Source: an uncultured Gemmatimonadaceae bacterium | Lineage (GTDB): Bacteria > Gemmatimonadota > Gemmatimonadetes > Gemmatimonadales > Gemmatimonadaceae | Direction of reading: 5' to 3' | Length of the DNA: 64,000 bases | Assembly: GCA_963822945.1 (NCBI GenBank) | Contig: CAWGJO010000021.1 | Location: forward strand, 160,001-224,000 | In this document: piece after piece, positions 9,911 to 20,934 of the stretch | Layout: the number at the start of each line of letters is the position of its first letter | Position numbering within the stretch: position 1 is the stretch's first letter | The notes under the pieces: model-generated | Told to the model about the DNA's origin: nothing | Seen by the model: only the letters and a program-made list of their open reading frames with translations | Databases searched by the model: none | Translations under genes and position numbers: made by a program

Positions 9911-11189
9911 ATGAGACAGAAAGCGTTGCTTCTCGCCATTGGACTGGCGGCGACGGCTTGCGAGCGGTCGGGAACGGAGCAAGCGTCGCGCGCGGAACCG
10001 TCGAGCGCGGCGCCGCCCCAGGTGATGCTCGAGCTGCCGCCCTCGGGCACCGGCAAGGCCAAACCGATCGGCCCGTTTTACATTGCGCGCCAGTCGGACG
10101 TCATTGCGACCGCCACCATCGGCCCCAAGCTGACGTTCGAAGGCCGACCGGCGGTGCGTCTCCACCTCGCGCGCGTCCTGTACGGCCGGGTCGCCTCTCG
10201 GAGCGTGTCATCGTCGGACGAGCTGCCGAGCTACGGCTGCTTTCCGCCGGAGAAGCCAACTCTGGCGTCGAGCCTGTTCTCTCCAGGGGCCAAGGTCATC
10301 GTGTACCTCGCAAGCAAACCCGCGAAGGGCTTTGCCTTGCGCAGCATCGAACGACTGCCGGCGAGCGGACCGAACCCGGAGCTCCTCCGCTACGCGGAGG
10401 CACGGCGACTGAGGGAGTCCCCGAAAGCGTCGTCAGCGGACTACCGGCGCCTGCTTGCTAACGAGACGTGGAAGTACGGAAGCGGTGCGCTCGCGGCACT
10501 CGGCGGTGATGCCCGCGCCGTGCCGGTGTTGCTCGAGCATCTCGAAGCCTGCGGCGACGCGAAGCCGCTTCCGGGAGCGGCTGTCTTCGGGCGGGTCTCC
10601 ACAATCCTGCAGCTGATGCCGAGCGAAGAGTTGCATCGAGGGATTCGAGCCAGCGCTCCACTGCGTCGAGAACGCACCCCCGGACCAGCGAGGCATCGAC
10701 ATCGACGCCGCCCTCGTAGGCGCCTGGCAGAACGCGGACGAGCACGAGCTCGCCCTGCTGAAGGCCTATGCGCGGAAGCGCTTCGACAAAGTGCCCGTCG
10801 AAGACCTCCGCTACCCGCGTGCTCTCCGCCTCTACACGGGCGCGTACGGAGCGAGCGCTCTCCCGCGGCTCGGCCGCGCGCTGCACAAGATCGCCAATGT
10901 GCTCAACGACCATCCCACGGACGGCATCGGTCTTCACGCTCAGCAAACGGTGGAAGACATGGTCGCTCACTGGTCGTCGCTCACGCCTGCCCAGCGCCGG
11001 ACGACCGAGCAGAGCTGGCGCGCTTTCCTCCACGCTCTCAAACCGGGCGACGACCCGGCCCGCCGCTGCGAAACCATCGTGCGTCCCGTCCTGACGAAGA
11101 TGTCGATGGCGCGCGTCAGCCCATCGCTGCGCGATGCCCTACGAAAGCCCAAGCTCCTGGTCGCGTTCTGCAACGAGACCGACGACTGA
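9911..11189 (+). CDS. hypothetical lipoprotein (frameshift ~10635)
   Basis: MRQKALLLAIGLAATAC; protein-like sequence continues in the frame of ORF 10791..11189. Confidence 0.55.
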
Positions 11190-11220
11190 AGCGAGGCGTG
11201 GCTTCCCGCCGCGTCGTCGG

Positions 11221-11967
11221 TCAGCCGAGCCAAGAGCAAGCATCTGCGAGCTTCTGCCGCGCGTCTTGAAGCGGCGCGCCGTGGCCCACGATCAATCGTT
11301 CGAACGGCAGTTCGAGGAGGCGTTCGACACTGCTCTTCATCTTGCTGCGATCCGAAACGCCGGTCCAGCGGATCATTCGGCTCAGCGCCACGCGATCGTA
11401 GAAGCCCATCGCGCGAGTGTAGAGCTTGGTCCACGCGTGCGTGGGTTGTCCGATGTTGTGCACCAGATCGGCGACGATCAGCGTTCGCGACGGCCGGTGG
11501 AAGAGCACGGTCTCGTCGAGGCGAAACCCCGCGATGGCGAGCTCGTCCACGAAACCGTCGAAAGCCGACTCTGGCTCGGCACCCAAAATGCGATCGATGC
11601 GCACATCGGGACGCTTCTGCGACAATCCCGCGGGAGCGTGCACTCGCGCGTCGGGGAAAGCGGCAGCCCACGTGCCCAGATGAAGATGATGAAAAAGATT
11701 GGGAGCGTAGAGGTGCGTCACGCCACCCAGCTCCTTCAGCCCTGTGCGAAGCTCGTCACTCATCGGCACCGGTGAATGAACGACTGCGCCGCCCGTGCCA
11801 AGCCGGAGCACTGTCATCGTCGAGGTCAAGCGCAGCCCGAGGAAACCGACCGGCGCTTGCGCGATCCACACACCCTCCGCCACCGGGGTGAGCCTGTTTG
11901 CCGTCGCGGCCGCGGTGCCCGGCTCCGGCACCGCTGACGCACTCTCCATCGCCATGCCCGCAAGCAT
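11221..11967 (-). CDS. DUF4336-family (metallo-beta-lactamase-like) protein
   Basis: MTVLRL..VVHSPV, APNLFHHLHL, ETVLFHRPSRTLIVADL, RLIVGHG; start uncertain. Confidence 0.8.
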   Translation of the reverse strand: MLAGMAMESASAVPEPGTAAATANRLTPVAEGVWIAQAPVGFLGLRLTSTMTVLRLGTGGAVVHSPVPMSDELRTGLKELGGVTHLYAPNLFHHLHLGTWAAAFPDARVHAPAGLSQKRPDVRIDRILGAEPESAFDGFVDELAIAGFRLDETVLFHRPSRTLIVADLVHNIGQPTHAWTKLYTRAMGFYDRVALSRMIRWTGVSDRSKMKSSVERLLELPFERLIVGHGAPLQDARQKLADACSWLG

Positions 11968-11980
11968 GCGGCGGCCCCAT

Positions 11981-12008
11981 CAATTAGTCAAGCGCGCTTG
12001 ACTAATTG
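11981..12008. promoter_or_regulatory. perfect 28-bp palindrome CAATTAGTCAAGCGCGCTTGACTAATTG, probable MarR operator
   Basis: Exactly self-reverse-complementary; fills the divergent DUF4336/MarR spacer; TTGACT on both strands. Confidence 0.75.
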
Positions 12009-12031
12009 TCTCTCTGAGGCAATATGAGCGC

Positions 12032-12496
12032 GTGAAGGCTTCCGACGACGCTCTCGAGGCACGCAAACGCAAGAGCACCGCGCAGCTTCTGTTCAAGTGC
12101 GCACGCCTCGTCAACGAGCGCGCGATCGCGCGGCTCCGCTCCGAGACCGGGCTGCCCGTGCGCGTGGCACACACGCTGCTGTTCCCTCACGTCGACTTCG
12201 AAGGTGTCCGCCTGACGGCGCTTGCGGAAAAGCTCGGCGTTTCCAAGCAAGCCGTAGGGCAGCTCGTGGACGAGCTGGAGCAAATGGGCGCGCTGGAGCG
12301 CGTCGCGGACCCGCGTGACGGGCGCGCGAAGCTAATTCGCTTTAGCACTCGCGGCCGCGAGGGGATTTTCCACGGGTTGGGGGTGCTCGCAGAAATCGAA
12401 AGTGAGCTGGAGCGTGCCATCGGCACGAAACGATTCACGGAGCTCAACCGCGCGCTGCTACTCTTGGTGGATCATCTGGAGCTTACCAGCGACTGA
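12032..12496 (+). CDS. MarR-family regulator
   Basis: LTALAEKLGVSKQAVGQLVDELE...DPRDGRAKLIRFS. Confidence 0.9.
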   Translation: MKASDDALEARKRKSTAQLLFKCARLVNERAIARLRSETGLPVRVAHTLLFPHVDFEGVRLTALAEKLGVSKQAVGQLVDELEQMGALERVADPRDGRAKLIRFSTRGREGIFHGLGVLAEIESELERAIGTKRFTELNRALLLLVDHLELTSD

Positions 12497-12557
12497 CCCC
12501 GAGCTCGTTCGCCACAATCGCGGCCTTCAACGGGCCCGACTAGCCATGGCCGCCGCT

Positions 12558-13163
12558 TCAGCCGGCGTCGCAGTGGACGGCCGCGGCTTGCATCCAATCC
12601 GTGTCGGAACAGCTGCCCACTACGGTGAAGCCGCCGCCGGCCTTGGGCCCCGAGGTGCAGGTGCAGCTGAGGGACGGGTCCGGCGATGCCGTGGGGGTGC
12701 AGCTCACGTCGAATTGCTGGCTGCCGGTGCACGACGCCTGGCACTCGCTGCCCACGGCGCTGCCCACCACGCAGTCTCCGGAGCCGCAGTCCTCGTAGGC
12801 CTGGTTCGCGGAGGCACACGCCGGATCGAGCTCCGGCTGGCCGTCCACGCAGACCATCGGATGCGCCACTGTGCAGTCGAGGATGGCCTTGAACTCACTG
12901 GCGCAGCCTTGCTTCAGCGCCTCCGCCGCCGACTCCGTGGCATCGGCCACGCAGTAGTCGATCTTGCACGGGAGCTGGTCGACCTTGGCGCAGATCTGCT
13001 CGATCTCCGCCAGAGGGATGGAGCTTCCGCCGCCACCACCCCCACCCCCCGTCGCGCCGCTGCCGCCCTGCCCCGCAGCGCCGCCGCCATCCGACGAGCC
13101 ACCGCACGCTGCGAACGTGCAAGCGACGATCCCAATGCTTCCGAGTCGTCCAAGCCAGCCCAT
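12558..13163 (-). CDS. Cys-rich lipoprotein, paralogue A
   Basis: FAAC lipobox, Gly linker; aligns by eye along its length with 27560..28166. Confidence 0.8.
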   Translation of the reverse strand: MGWLGRLGSIGIVACTFAACGGSSDGGGAAGQGGSGATGGGGGGGGSSIPLAEIEQICAKVDQLPCKIDYCVADATESAAEALKQGCASEFKAILDCTVAHPMVCVDGQPELDPACASANQAYEDCGSGDCVVGSAVGSECQASCTGSQQFDVSCTPTASPDPSLSCTCTSGPKAGGGFTVVGSCSDTDWMQAAAVHCDAG

Positions 13164-13244
13164 GAATGCCTCCCGCTGACTGGCCATGCCACACAACCGC
13201 GCGACCGAGCCAGCACGCGCGTCGAGAGGCTGACTGATGGGTGG

Positions 13245-13702
13245 CTACATCCTCGTGGCGCCTGCGAGCATGCCCGCGTGCGCGCGGTCTTGCTTCTCCA
13301 GCGAGGCGAACAGGGCGACGAACCCGGCCGGCATGCCGGTCACCAGGGCGCCGACGTGCACGCTTGCGAGACGCCTCTCCATGGCCACGGCAAGGCGAAA
13401 CGCCTCCTCGACCGACGGCGGAGCAGCCCGCACGCTCTCCAGGGTGTCCTTCGCGTCGGCGAGCAACTGCGACAGATCGGCAACTTGCGCAGCGACCTCC
13501 CGCATGTTGTTGCGGTCATTCATGTAGGCCGACGCAAACATGCGAATGCGCGCCGCGTGCTGGAGCTCCTCTCGGTGGAGCTGGCGAAGGAGTCTTGCGC
13601 GTCCCCCGGGTCGGAGGCGCCATCCGCCAGCAGTAGGTAGATGTCGGACATTACTTCTTCGATCTGCTCGGCCTTCTCGAAGAGCGAATACAAGCTTTCC
13701 AT
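13245..13702 (-). CDS. ferritin/rubrerythrin-like four-helix protein (frameshift ~13605)
   Basis: AEQIEEVMSDIY, EELQHAARI, AVAMER, EKQDRAH; break at a C5 run. Confidence 0.6.
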
Positions 13703-13810
13703 TGCCGCTTGCCTTCCGGCTTCCGGCGCACGTGCCGACTGCCAGACTTACCAACGGCCGCAGGCGCCAATTCTTGAGCGACCGCTGGCTACGACGAACG
13801 CGGGATCGAT

Positions 13811-14419
13811 CTACGGAGCCTGGGGTGTGCAGGAGCCATGCGGCGACGTAGTTCCGCACATGCTGCAGCTCGGCCCCAATCCGGAGCTCGGCACGCAGGC
13901 CACATCGACGATTTCAACCAACCCAGAAGACCCGCCGGGGACGCCTTGGCGATGAACCAACATCTCGTATCGCTTGCGCACCACCGGACGCTCGGAGCCT
14001 GTTGCGTAGTAGCACACGTCCCAGCGGGGGTTGGGCGCGGGCAAAGCGTGTTGGCAGATGTCGATCTCGAAGCTCAAGCGGTAGTCCGCATCGAATTGAG
14101 CAGCCGCCACCCGCTTTGCTCGCACGAGAAGCAGGTGTGCGTCCTGCATGGGGTAGGTTTGAGACCGCTGGGTGAGCGTGCCCGAAGGTGCCGCCAGGTC
14201 GAAACGCAGCTTCAGCGCCCACTCGGCGTTGCGCGCGACAACTTCGCTTTGTGGCAAATCGACCGCGGGCGCACCCGATGGCGCCGGACCCGTCTGCGGC
14301 TTGCGCGTGGGCGCCAGAGCAACTGGCGCGTCACTGCCTCCGGGACTTGCAACGGCTCCGAGGTTGCGACTGCAGGCAACGCACAGAACGACGGCAAGCG
14401 CCATCTCCCACCGCGCCAT
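13811..14419 (-). CDS. hypothetical lipoprotein
   Basis: LAVVLCVAC lipobox; Cys-rich tail. Confidence 0.5.
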   Translation of the reverse strand: MARWEMALAVVLCVACSRNLGAVASPGGSDAPVALAPTRKPQTGPAPSGAPAVDLPQSEVVARNAEWALKLRFDLAAPSGTLTQRSQTYPMQDAHLLLVRAKRVAAAQFDADYRLSFEIDICQHALPAPNPRWDVCYYATGSERPVVRKRYEMLVHRQGVPGGSSGLVEIVDVACVPSSGLGPSCSMCGTTSPHGSCTPQAP

Positions 14420-14515
14420 ACGAGCGAACGCTAACACAGCTGTCTCCGCACCCAACACACTGCGTGTACAATGCGCGGAACCATCGCACCTGGGCTGATG
14501 CTGAAGGAATTCCTC

Positions 14516-16355
14516 ATGCGCAAGTTCGTCCCCTGGTTTTTCGTTTCTGTCATGGCGACCGCCGGCGTGGTCGCCTGTGGGAGTGATTCATCCAGTGACG
14601 ACGGTTCGAGCGGCGGCAGCTCCGCCGGGGGCAGCGGCGCCGCAAGCGGCAGCGGGGGCAGCGCCGGCAGCGCCACCGGCGGCGCGGCAGGCAACGGAGG
14701 CGCCGCGGGGGCAACGCCGGTGGGCGATTGCAACGACGGCATCGACAACGATGGCGACGGCTACACGGACTATGGCATGGACCTCGGCTGCGCCAACGCG
14801 GACGACGACGAGATCTCCGGTCCGCGGGATCAAGAGGGTGGCTTCACCACCTACGACCCAGGACCCGACAGCCTGCTCATCTACGTGAGCTCCAGCGGGG
14901 GCGACGACGCCAACGACGGCAGCACGCCGGACAAAGCCGTGAAGACGCTCACCCGCGGCTCCGATCTGGTGCGCGACGGCGAGAACGACTTCATGCTGCT
15001 CAAACGCGGCGACACCTGGCACGGCGAAACGCTGAACCGTTTCAAGTCTGGCAAGGACGCGACCCATCCGCTGGTGATCGCCGCCTACGGCGAGTCGGAC
15101 AAGCCGCCGCGAGTCGAGATCGCCGACAATTTCATCGACCACAACGGCAAGCCGCGGAGCTTCGTGCACGTGGTGGGGCTGGAAGATCGTGTCGTACCCG
15201 AAGATCCCCGGCGGGCCCGATTTCGACGGCGCTACCGGCGGGGGCTTCCGTTACGTCGGCGGGGGAGATGGCCTGCTCATCGAAGGCTGCCACCTTTTGT
15301 ACGGCGAGATGGTGCTTCAATCGTTCGGCACCGAGCACTACGACGGCATCGAGGTCCGTCGCAACGTCATCGAGCAGAGCTACCACGTGGACACCTGCAA
15401 CCAGAACTCCACCTATCGGCCGTCGGGCATCTACTCCAGCCACGTCGCAAATCTGCTGATTGAGGGCAACGTCCTGGATCACAACGGCTGGAACGAGGAC
15501 GTCAGCTCCGCCTGCGCCAGCATGTTCAATCACGACATGTACCTCAACGCGGATCACCTCGTGATCCGCGGCAACGTCATCGCCCGGGCGTCCAGCATGG
15601 GCATCAAGATGCGCTCCGACGCCACCGGCGACGCAGACGATCTCGTGTTCGAGGACAACCTGCTGGTAGATGGCGAGATCGGCATCGGCATCGGTGGCAA
15701 CACCAGTGAACCGGATCGCTTTTCCAACGTGCAGATCAAGAACAACGTGTTCACGCAGATCGGCCTCGGGAACCCCACCAATCGGAACTTTGCCTGGATG
15801 CTGGACGTCGCGGACAACGCCACGGCTACGATCGAAGGCAACTACTTCCTGCACCAACCTTGGTACACGAACGCCTATGGCATCTCCATGGCCAGCGGCT
15901 CCGCCAGCGACATCACCATCAAGGACAACCTGTTCTACGATCTCAAGGGGCGCGGCATCTCGCTCGCGCCCCAAAGCGGCTGGTCCAACGTCAAGGTGAC
16001 CAAGAACCTTATCATCGACCCGTCCAACGGCTCGTGCCTGGTGGACCACCAAGGCTCCTTCGCGAACGTGACCTATTCGGACAACCAATACGGCGGGACG
16101 ATCCGGCTGTGCGTAGACAAGAACGACGTGGATCTCGCGGGTTGGAAGTCCGCATCCGGCGAGGCCAGTGCCAGCCAGTGGAGCGGTAGCTTCAGCGATC
16201 CTGATCGCACCGTCGGCAGCTATGCCGGCAGCTTGGGCTTGCCGGCCACCCTGGAAGGCTTCTTGGACGAAGCGCGCAAGCAGAGCCGCCTGACCTGGCG
16301 GGAGGATCTGACGGCCAGCACCGTGAACGCGTACATTCGCGCCGGCTTCAACTGA
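14516..16355 (+). CDS. lipoprotein with right-handed parallel beta-helix (pectin-lyase-like fold) (frameshift ~15183)
   Basis: VVAC lipobox, CNDGIDNDGDG motif, IYVSSSGGDDANDG/LLKRGDTW, Asn-rich IEGN/IRGN repeats in the next frame. Confidence 0.8.
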
Positions 16356-16447
16356 TCTGCGGCGCGGCACGTGCGGTTCGAGTAGAGCGCTTTAGCGTCC
16401 AACACGGCGGTCCGTTTTCGAGCCTCGAGCCGTCCTGCCGAACCACC

Positions 16448-17437
16448 TCAGTCCGCGAACAGCCTGACGAGATCCAAGCGAGACGCGATACCGAGCTTGC
16501 GCATTGCGTGCGTGAGGTGCGTCGCTACCGTCGACTTGCTCAATCCCAGATGATATGCAACCAGCCGGTTGGTGTGGCCCATGGCCGCCAGAGCGACGAC
16601 CTGGGACTCTCGCTCGCTCAGTCCCCGAGGATCCGCGAGCTGCTCGTCGTTCCGGCGGGCGACGATGAATCGCCGTCCATCCGAGTCGAAGCTGTCGACC
16701 AGGCTCCAGCGTCCGTCGACCAAAGCACGCCACTGTGCGAGGGCTTCGTCTTCATGCGTCCTGACGGAGCTACGGGCGCGATCGATAGAAAGAGCGGCGA
16801 GGCGTAGCTTCTCACGAGCGCTGGGCTTCTCAGATTCGCCCGCAGCGTGAGTCACTCGACCGCCCGCGTCCAGCACTGCGTCATCTCGGCCCAGGGCGTC
16901 CAACGGAGACGCGCCGGCGAGCGCTTCACGCAGTCTGAGGCCGGCGCCAAGATGCGCCGCGATCTGCGACCACCTCGTTCGGAAGTGGTGATCCGCCCGG
17001 GTGATTTGGTCTCGGGGCGCCGCGATGGCGATGCAACTGTCGCCGTTCAACCCACGACAGCCGAGTACGTCGTGGATTCCGTATGGACCGAACGATTCGG
17101 CAAAGAGCCCGCCTTCAATCGTCAGAGCGCCTTCCGAGGCTTCACTGGTGCTCGCCGCTGGACCGAACTCCACATGGGCTCGCCTGAGGCCGACCACATC
17201 GGCTTGGGCCATCCACGCCCGCACCAGTTTCACGAGTGCAGGGCTGAGCCCGGAGCTCGCGAACCCCGTAAGCTTCAGGCGCCCGTTTTTGGGAAACCTG
17301 TAGGTGTAGCTGGTACAGCCCAAGCCTTCATCGAGCAGAGGACTGGCGGCGGCGTTGACCGCGTCGAGCCAAGCTGCGTCCGTGCGCTGCAGCGCATATG
17401 CGCACTCCACCAGCTGGATGACGTCGCTCGTTGTCAT
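16448..17437 (-). CDS. LuxR-type HTH regulator with uncharacterised N-terminal domain
   Basis: C-terminal LSERESQVVALAAMGHTNRLVAYHLGLSKSTVATHL; paralogue at 33970..34971. Confidence 0.85.
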   Translation of the reverse strand: MTTSDVIQLVECAYALQRTDAAWLDAVNAAASPLLDEGLGCTSYTYRFPKNGRLKLTGFASSGLSPALVKLVRAWMAQADVVGLRRAHVEFGPAASTSEASEGALTIEGGLFAESFGPYGIHDVLGCRGLNGDSCIAIAAPRDQITRADHHFRTRWSQIAAHLGAGLRLREALAGASPLDALGRDDAVLDAGGRVTHAAGESEKPSAREKLRLAALSIDRARSSVRTHEDEALAQWRALVDGRWSLVDSFDSDGRRFIVARRNDEQLADPRGLSERESQVVALAAMGHTNRLVAYHLGLSKSTVATHLTHAMRKLGIASRLDLVRLFAD

Positions 17438-17518
17438 CGACCCTCGGCGGCCTAGCCGTTCCATTGATGATGACGGGGCTCAGGGCGAAACAGAACCGAA
17501 ATTGCATCGAGCTACGCG

Positions 17519-17833
17519 ATGGGCATGATGAACCGCATGAAGCGCTCGCGGGCTACCATGGGAGCCCCCAAAGATTTGCGGGTTACGCCGCTTGGGTGGG
17601 AGAAGCTCATGGTCCTGAGCTTCGCGCTGCCGCAGCATCTGTTGCCAGCTGGGCTGACCGCTGCCGAGCGCGCGGTCCTCGACCTCCTACTGGCTGGCGA
17701 ATCGAATCGCGCGATCGCTCAGGCGCGCGGCGTGGCTCCCAGCACGGTCGCCAACCAGATCGGATCGTTGTTTCGCAAGCTTGGCGTCCGCTCCCGCGCC
17801 GAGCTCGCGCGCAAGCTGTCCCAACGAAGCTGA
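17519..17833 (+). CDS. small stand-alone LuxR-HTH protein
   Basis: [48 protein letters not shown]. Confidence 0.85.
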   Translation: MGMMNRMKRSRATMGAPKDLRVTPLGWEKLMVLSFALPQHLLPAGLTAAERAVLDLLLAGESNRAIAQARGVAPSTVANQIGSLFRKLGVRSRAELARKLSQRS

Positions 17834-17863
17834 GCGAGTTCCCCCGTAGCCCGCGCAATCCGG

Positions 17864-19282
17864 CTACGGCGCTTCTGGGGCAAACGGTTTCGGTTTCGTC
17901 TTGGTGCTGGGCGCCGGTGGCTTCGCCGGCGCCGCGGTCGTTGCTGCGGGCAGCGGCGCGCTGGACGCACGCGGCTTGCTCGCAATCGGGCGGACCGGCA
18001 CAGGGCGCGCGCTCGGTTTTGCGCTCGCGCTCACGCTTGCGCTCGGTGCCGGCGGTTCGGAAAGCGGTGGCGGAGCCGGCGTGGTGGCGGGCTCCGGCGA
18101 CTGCGTCTCGCTCGCCGTGGCCGCCAATTCCGACGCCGAGGCGCCGGGCGAGGCGGAGCTCGCGGAGCGCAAGGCGACGACGCCCGTGGTCGCCGCGATG
18201 CCGACGACAATCACCGCGCCGACGGCGAGCAGCGCCGGCAAGCGTCGCTGAGGCACGAATTCCGCCTGCGGAGTGGTGCGCGAAAGGGGACTCGCGGTGT
18301 TGCCGATGCCCGACTCGGCTTCGGCGATGAGCGGCGGCGGGACGGCGACTGCTGCTCCGGTGACGAGCGCGGTGGGCGCGGTCGGTAGTGCTTCGGGTGC
18401 GCCCACGCCCAGGGCCTCGCCCAGCGCCACGACCTGATGGCCCACGGTGCGCCAGCGGCGCCCGGGATCGCGCTCGCACGAGCGCGCGAACCATGCGTCG
18501 AAGGCCGGGCCCAGCGTGGGCAACCGAGTCGAAGGCGGTGCTAGGGGTTCGGACACGATCTGCAGCACGAGCGCAGCGAAGGTGTTGGCCTGCCAGTACA
18601 CCTCGCCCGTGAGCAGTCGATACGCGATGAGCCCGATGGCCCACTGGTCCGTGGGCGGCCCCACGATGTCGTGGCGCCCGCGCGCTTGCTCCGGTGCCAT
18701 GTACAGCGGCGTGCCGAAGATGGCGCCGCTCTTGGTGAGGCCGCCGCCCTCCGCCGTGCTGCCGCCGGCTTCGCTGCCCATGGCCTTGGAAATGCCGAAG
18801 TCCAGGATCTTGACGATGCGGGTTCCGTCTTCGCGGTGGTGCAAAAACAGATTCTCGGGCTTCAGGTCGCGGTGGACGATGCCGATGGCGTGCGCCTTGT
18901 CCAACGCGCGCGCGACCTGGGACAGCCAATCGACGACTTCGGCGGCGGGCAGGGGCCCGCGCTCGGTGACGATCTTCTCCAGGTCCTGCCCTTCGAGCAG
19001 CTCCATGACCAAGAACGGAGCGCCGTCCAGCTCCGCCGCGACGTCCGCGTCGGTGACCTTGACGACGTTCTCGCTCTTGATCCGCGCGGGAGCCCGCGCC
19101 TCGCGCTTGAAGCGCGCGACGACATCGGGTTTTGCGCCGGCGTGCCCGTGGAGCAGCTTCAGCGCGAGCCGATCCCCGGTGTTCGTGTGCTCCACCAGGT
19201 ACACCGCGCCCATACCACCGCGCCCGAGCTCGCGGATGACGCGATAGCGGGAGGCGATGGTGTAGGGGAGCGCGGCGGACAT
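17864..19282 (-). CDS. membrane Hanks-type Ser/Thr kinase
   Basis: [35 protein letters not shown] then Pro/Ala/Ser tail. Confidence 0.95.
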   Translation of the reverse strand: MSAALPYTIASRYRVIRELGRGGMGAVYLVEHTNTGDRLALKLLHGHAGAKPDVVARFKREARAPARIKSENVVKVTDADVAAELDGAPFLVMELLEGQDLEKIVTERGPLPAAEVVDWLSQVARALDKAHAIGIVHRDLKPENLFLHHREDGTRIVKILDFGISKAMGSEAGGSTAEGGGLTKSGAIFGTPLYMAPEQARGRHDIVGPPTDQWAIGLIAYRLLTGEVYWQANTFAALVLQIVSEPLAPPSTRLPTLGPAFDAWFARSCERDPGRRWRTVGHQVVALGEALGVGAPEALPTAPTALVTGAAVAVPPPLIAEAESGIGNTASPLSRTTPQAEFVPQRRLPALLAVGAVIVVGIAATTGVVALRSASSASPGASASELAATASETQSPEPATTPAPPPLSEPPAPSASVSASAKPSARPVPVRPIASKPRASSAPLPAATTAAPAKPPAPSTKTKPKPFAPEAP

Positions 19283-19370
19283 GGGAGCTCAGTCCGGAAC
19301 GAAAACCTTGTCCGCAGACGTACAAGCCGTGGAAAGGGTGCACGGTGAACCGACGACGAACCCCTGCACC

Positions 19371-20922
19371 TTAGCGGCCGGGTACACTGGGTCTTGCCTG
19401 GTAGCGCACGAAACCCGGCTTGAGCGGTGCGCCCACCGGCACGTCCTGTTTCACCAGCCAGCCCATCACGGCTTCATACTTGAACCCTGAGGGCAGTCGG
19501 ATGCAGTTCCGGTCACACCTACGACGCTCGCGTGTTTCCGATGCTGGAGTTGTAGCAGCGGACCGCGGGGACAGTGTCGGGTTGCTGGGACTTGTACATC
19601 TTGGCCGCGAATACCAAGTCCCAGCCCGCCTCGTTGTCGTACGGGCTCCACATCGCATCGGCATTCACCAGCGGTAAACCGTTGAGGAAGTTGTCCTTCT
19701 CACCCTTCGGAACCAACGTGTAAACGGTGACGAAACAACTTCCGTAGGCATCCCCATAGAGACCGTCGCAGTTGTTGTCTTGGAACGGCTGGCAGCTATC
19801 TTGGGACTTGGGGCCTACGTCCCCGGTGCACAACGACCACTGAACGATGGTGCCGTTGAGTACGCAATCTTGCGTGCCTGCCTGGCACGTCCCAGTGCCG
19901 TCTTCAGGGTGTGAGTTGCATGACCGGTCCTGTCCCACAGCCACATTCCCGGGTTGGCACTTACAAGCAAGGTCACTCTTGTCAGGAACCCCGTTGCAGT
20001 TTTCGTCACCTGCCGACGAGCAATTGGTTGCGGGAGTGACGGTCGACTTGCACGGGCTCCACGCCGACGAGCGCCCATTGAACATACACTGCTGGACTCC
20101 AACTGCGCACGCTCCGAGTTGCCCGGTCTGACAGCTTTGCGTTTGCCCAGATTGGCATTGGCACGCAGAGGTTTCCGACTTGTCGGCCGTGCCGTTGCAG
20201 TCGTTGTCTGCCTCGGACGCGCAGTTCTTTTCCGCTGGTCCCACCGCGCCGTTGCAGGCCCCAGCAACGCCGTTCACGCATTCGCGCACGCCGAGCTTGC
20301 AGATCCCGACGCCGTCCTTGGACGAGTCGAGGCCGGGGATCGCAGTGCCCTGGGAAGAATCGCTGCACTTTGGCGGATTGCTCGGGTCGCAGGCGCAGGA
20401 CTTGCCGCCCGCGGCTTGTTCGTCATCGGCGTTGCCGTCGCAGTCCTGGTCTTTGGTGTCACAGCGATCCGGATTGCTGCCGTCGGCTGGGCCGTCCCAA
20501 GCCCCGGGATACGTGTTCGCGTCCGCGTCGTCGCAGTCGTCGCCCACCTCGATCACGCCGCCCCCGGAGGCGACGCAATTCGCCTTGGCGTGCCCGTCGC
20601 CGTCGTCGTCCCGGGCTTTGAACACGCACTTGCCGAGCACGGTGTCGCAGCTCGCATCGGCGCAGCCGGCCGGCGTCGTGGCCGGCATTTGTGCAGCACA
20701 ATCAGCCGCGGTCTGGCAGTCGATTGCGGGTCCGCCCCCGGTCGCGCCGGTTCCCGTCGCGCCGGTCGCCCCCGTGCCCGTGGCACCGGTGCCCGTGGCG
20801 CCGGTACCACCCGCGCCGCCACCGCCTCCGTTGGTCCCGCCCGAGTCGCCTCCGCCCCCGCACGCCGCAACGACCCCCAACACCAAGAACGCAGCGACCG
20901 AACCGATTCTCACAGTACGCAT
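19371..20922 (-). CDS. Cys-rich repeat lipoprotein (MopE-like motifs; apparent frameshifts ~19490-19535)
   Basis: VAAC lipobox, DCDDADANTYPGA, repeated DxDCNG/GxCxxG units; C-terminus continues in other frames to 19371. Confidence 0.7.
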
Positions 20923-20934
20923 GGCATTTCTTCC

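Noticed and set aside
17844..17869. Intrinsic terminator (CCGTAGCC/GGCTACGG hairpin)
   Set aside because: 8-bp stem between convergent genes but no U-tract, and it overlaps the kinase stop; too weak to call.
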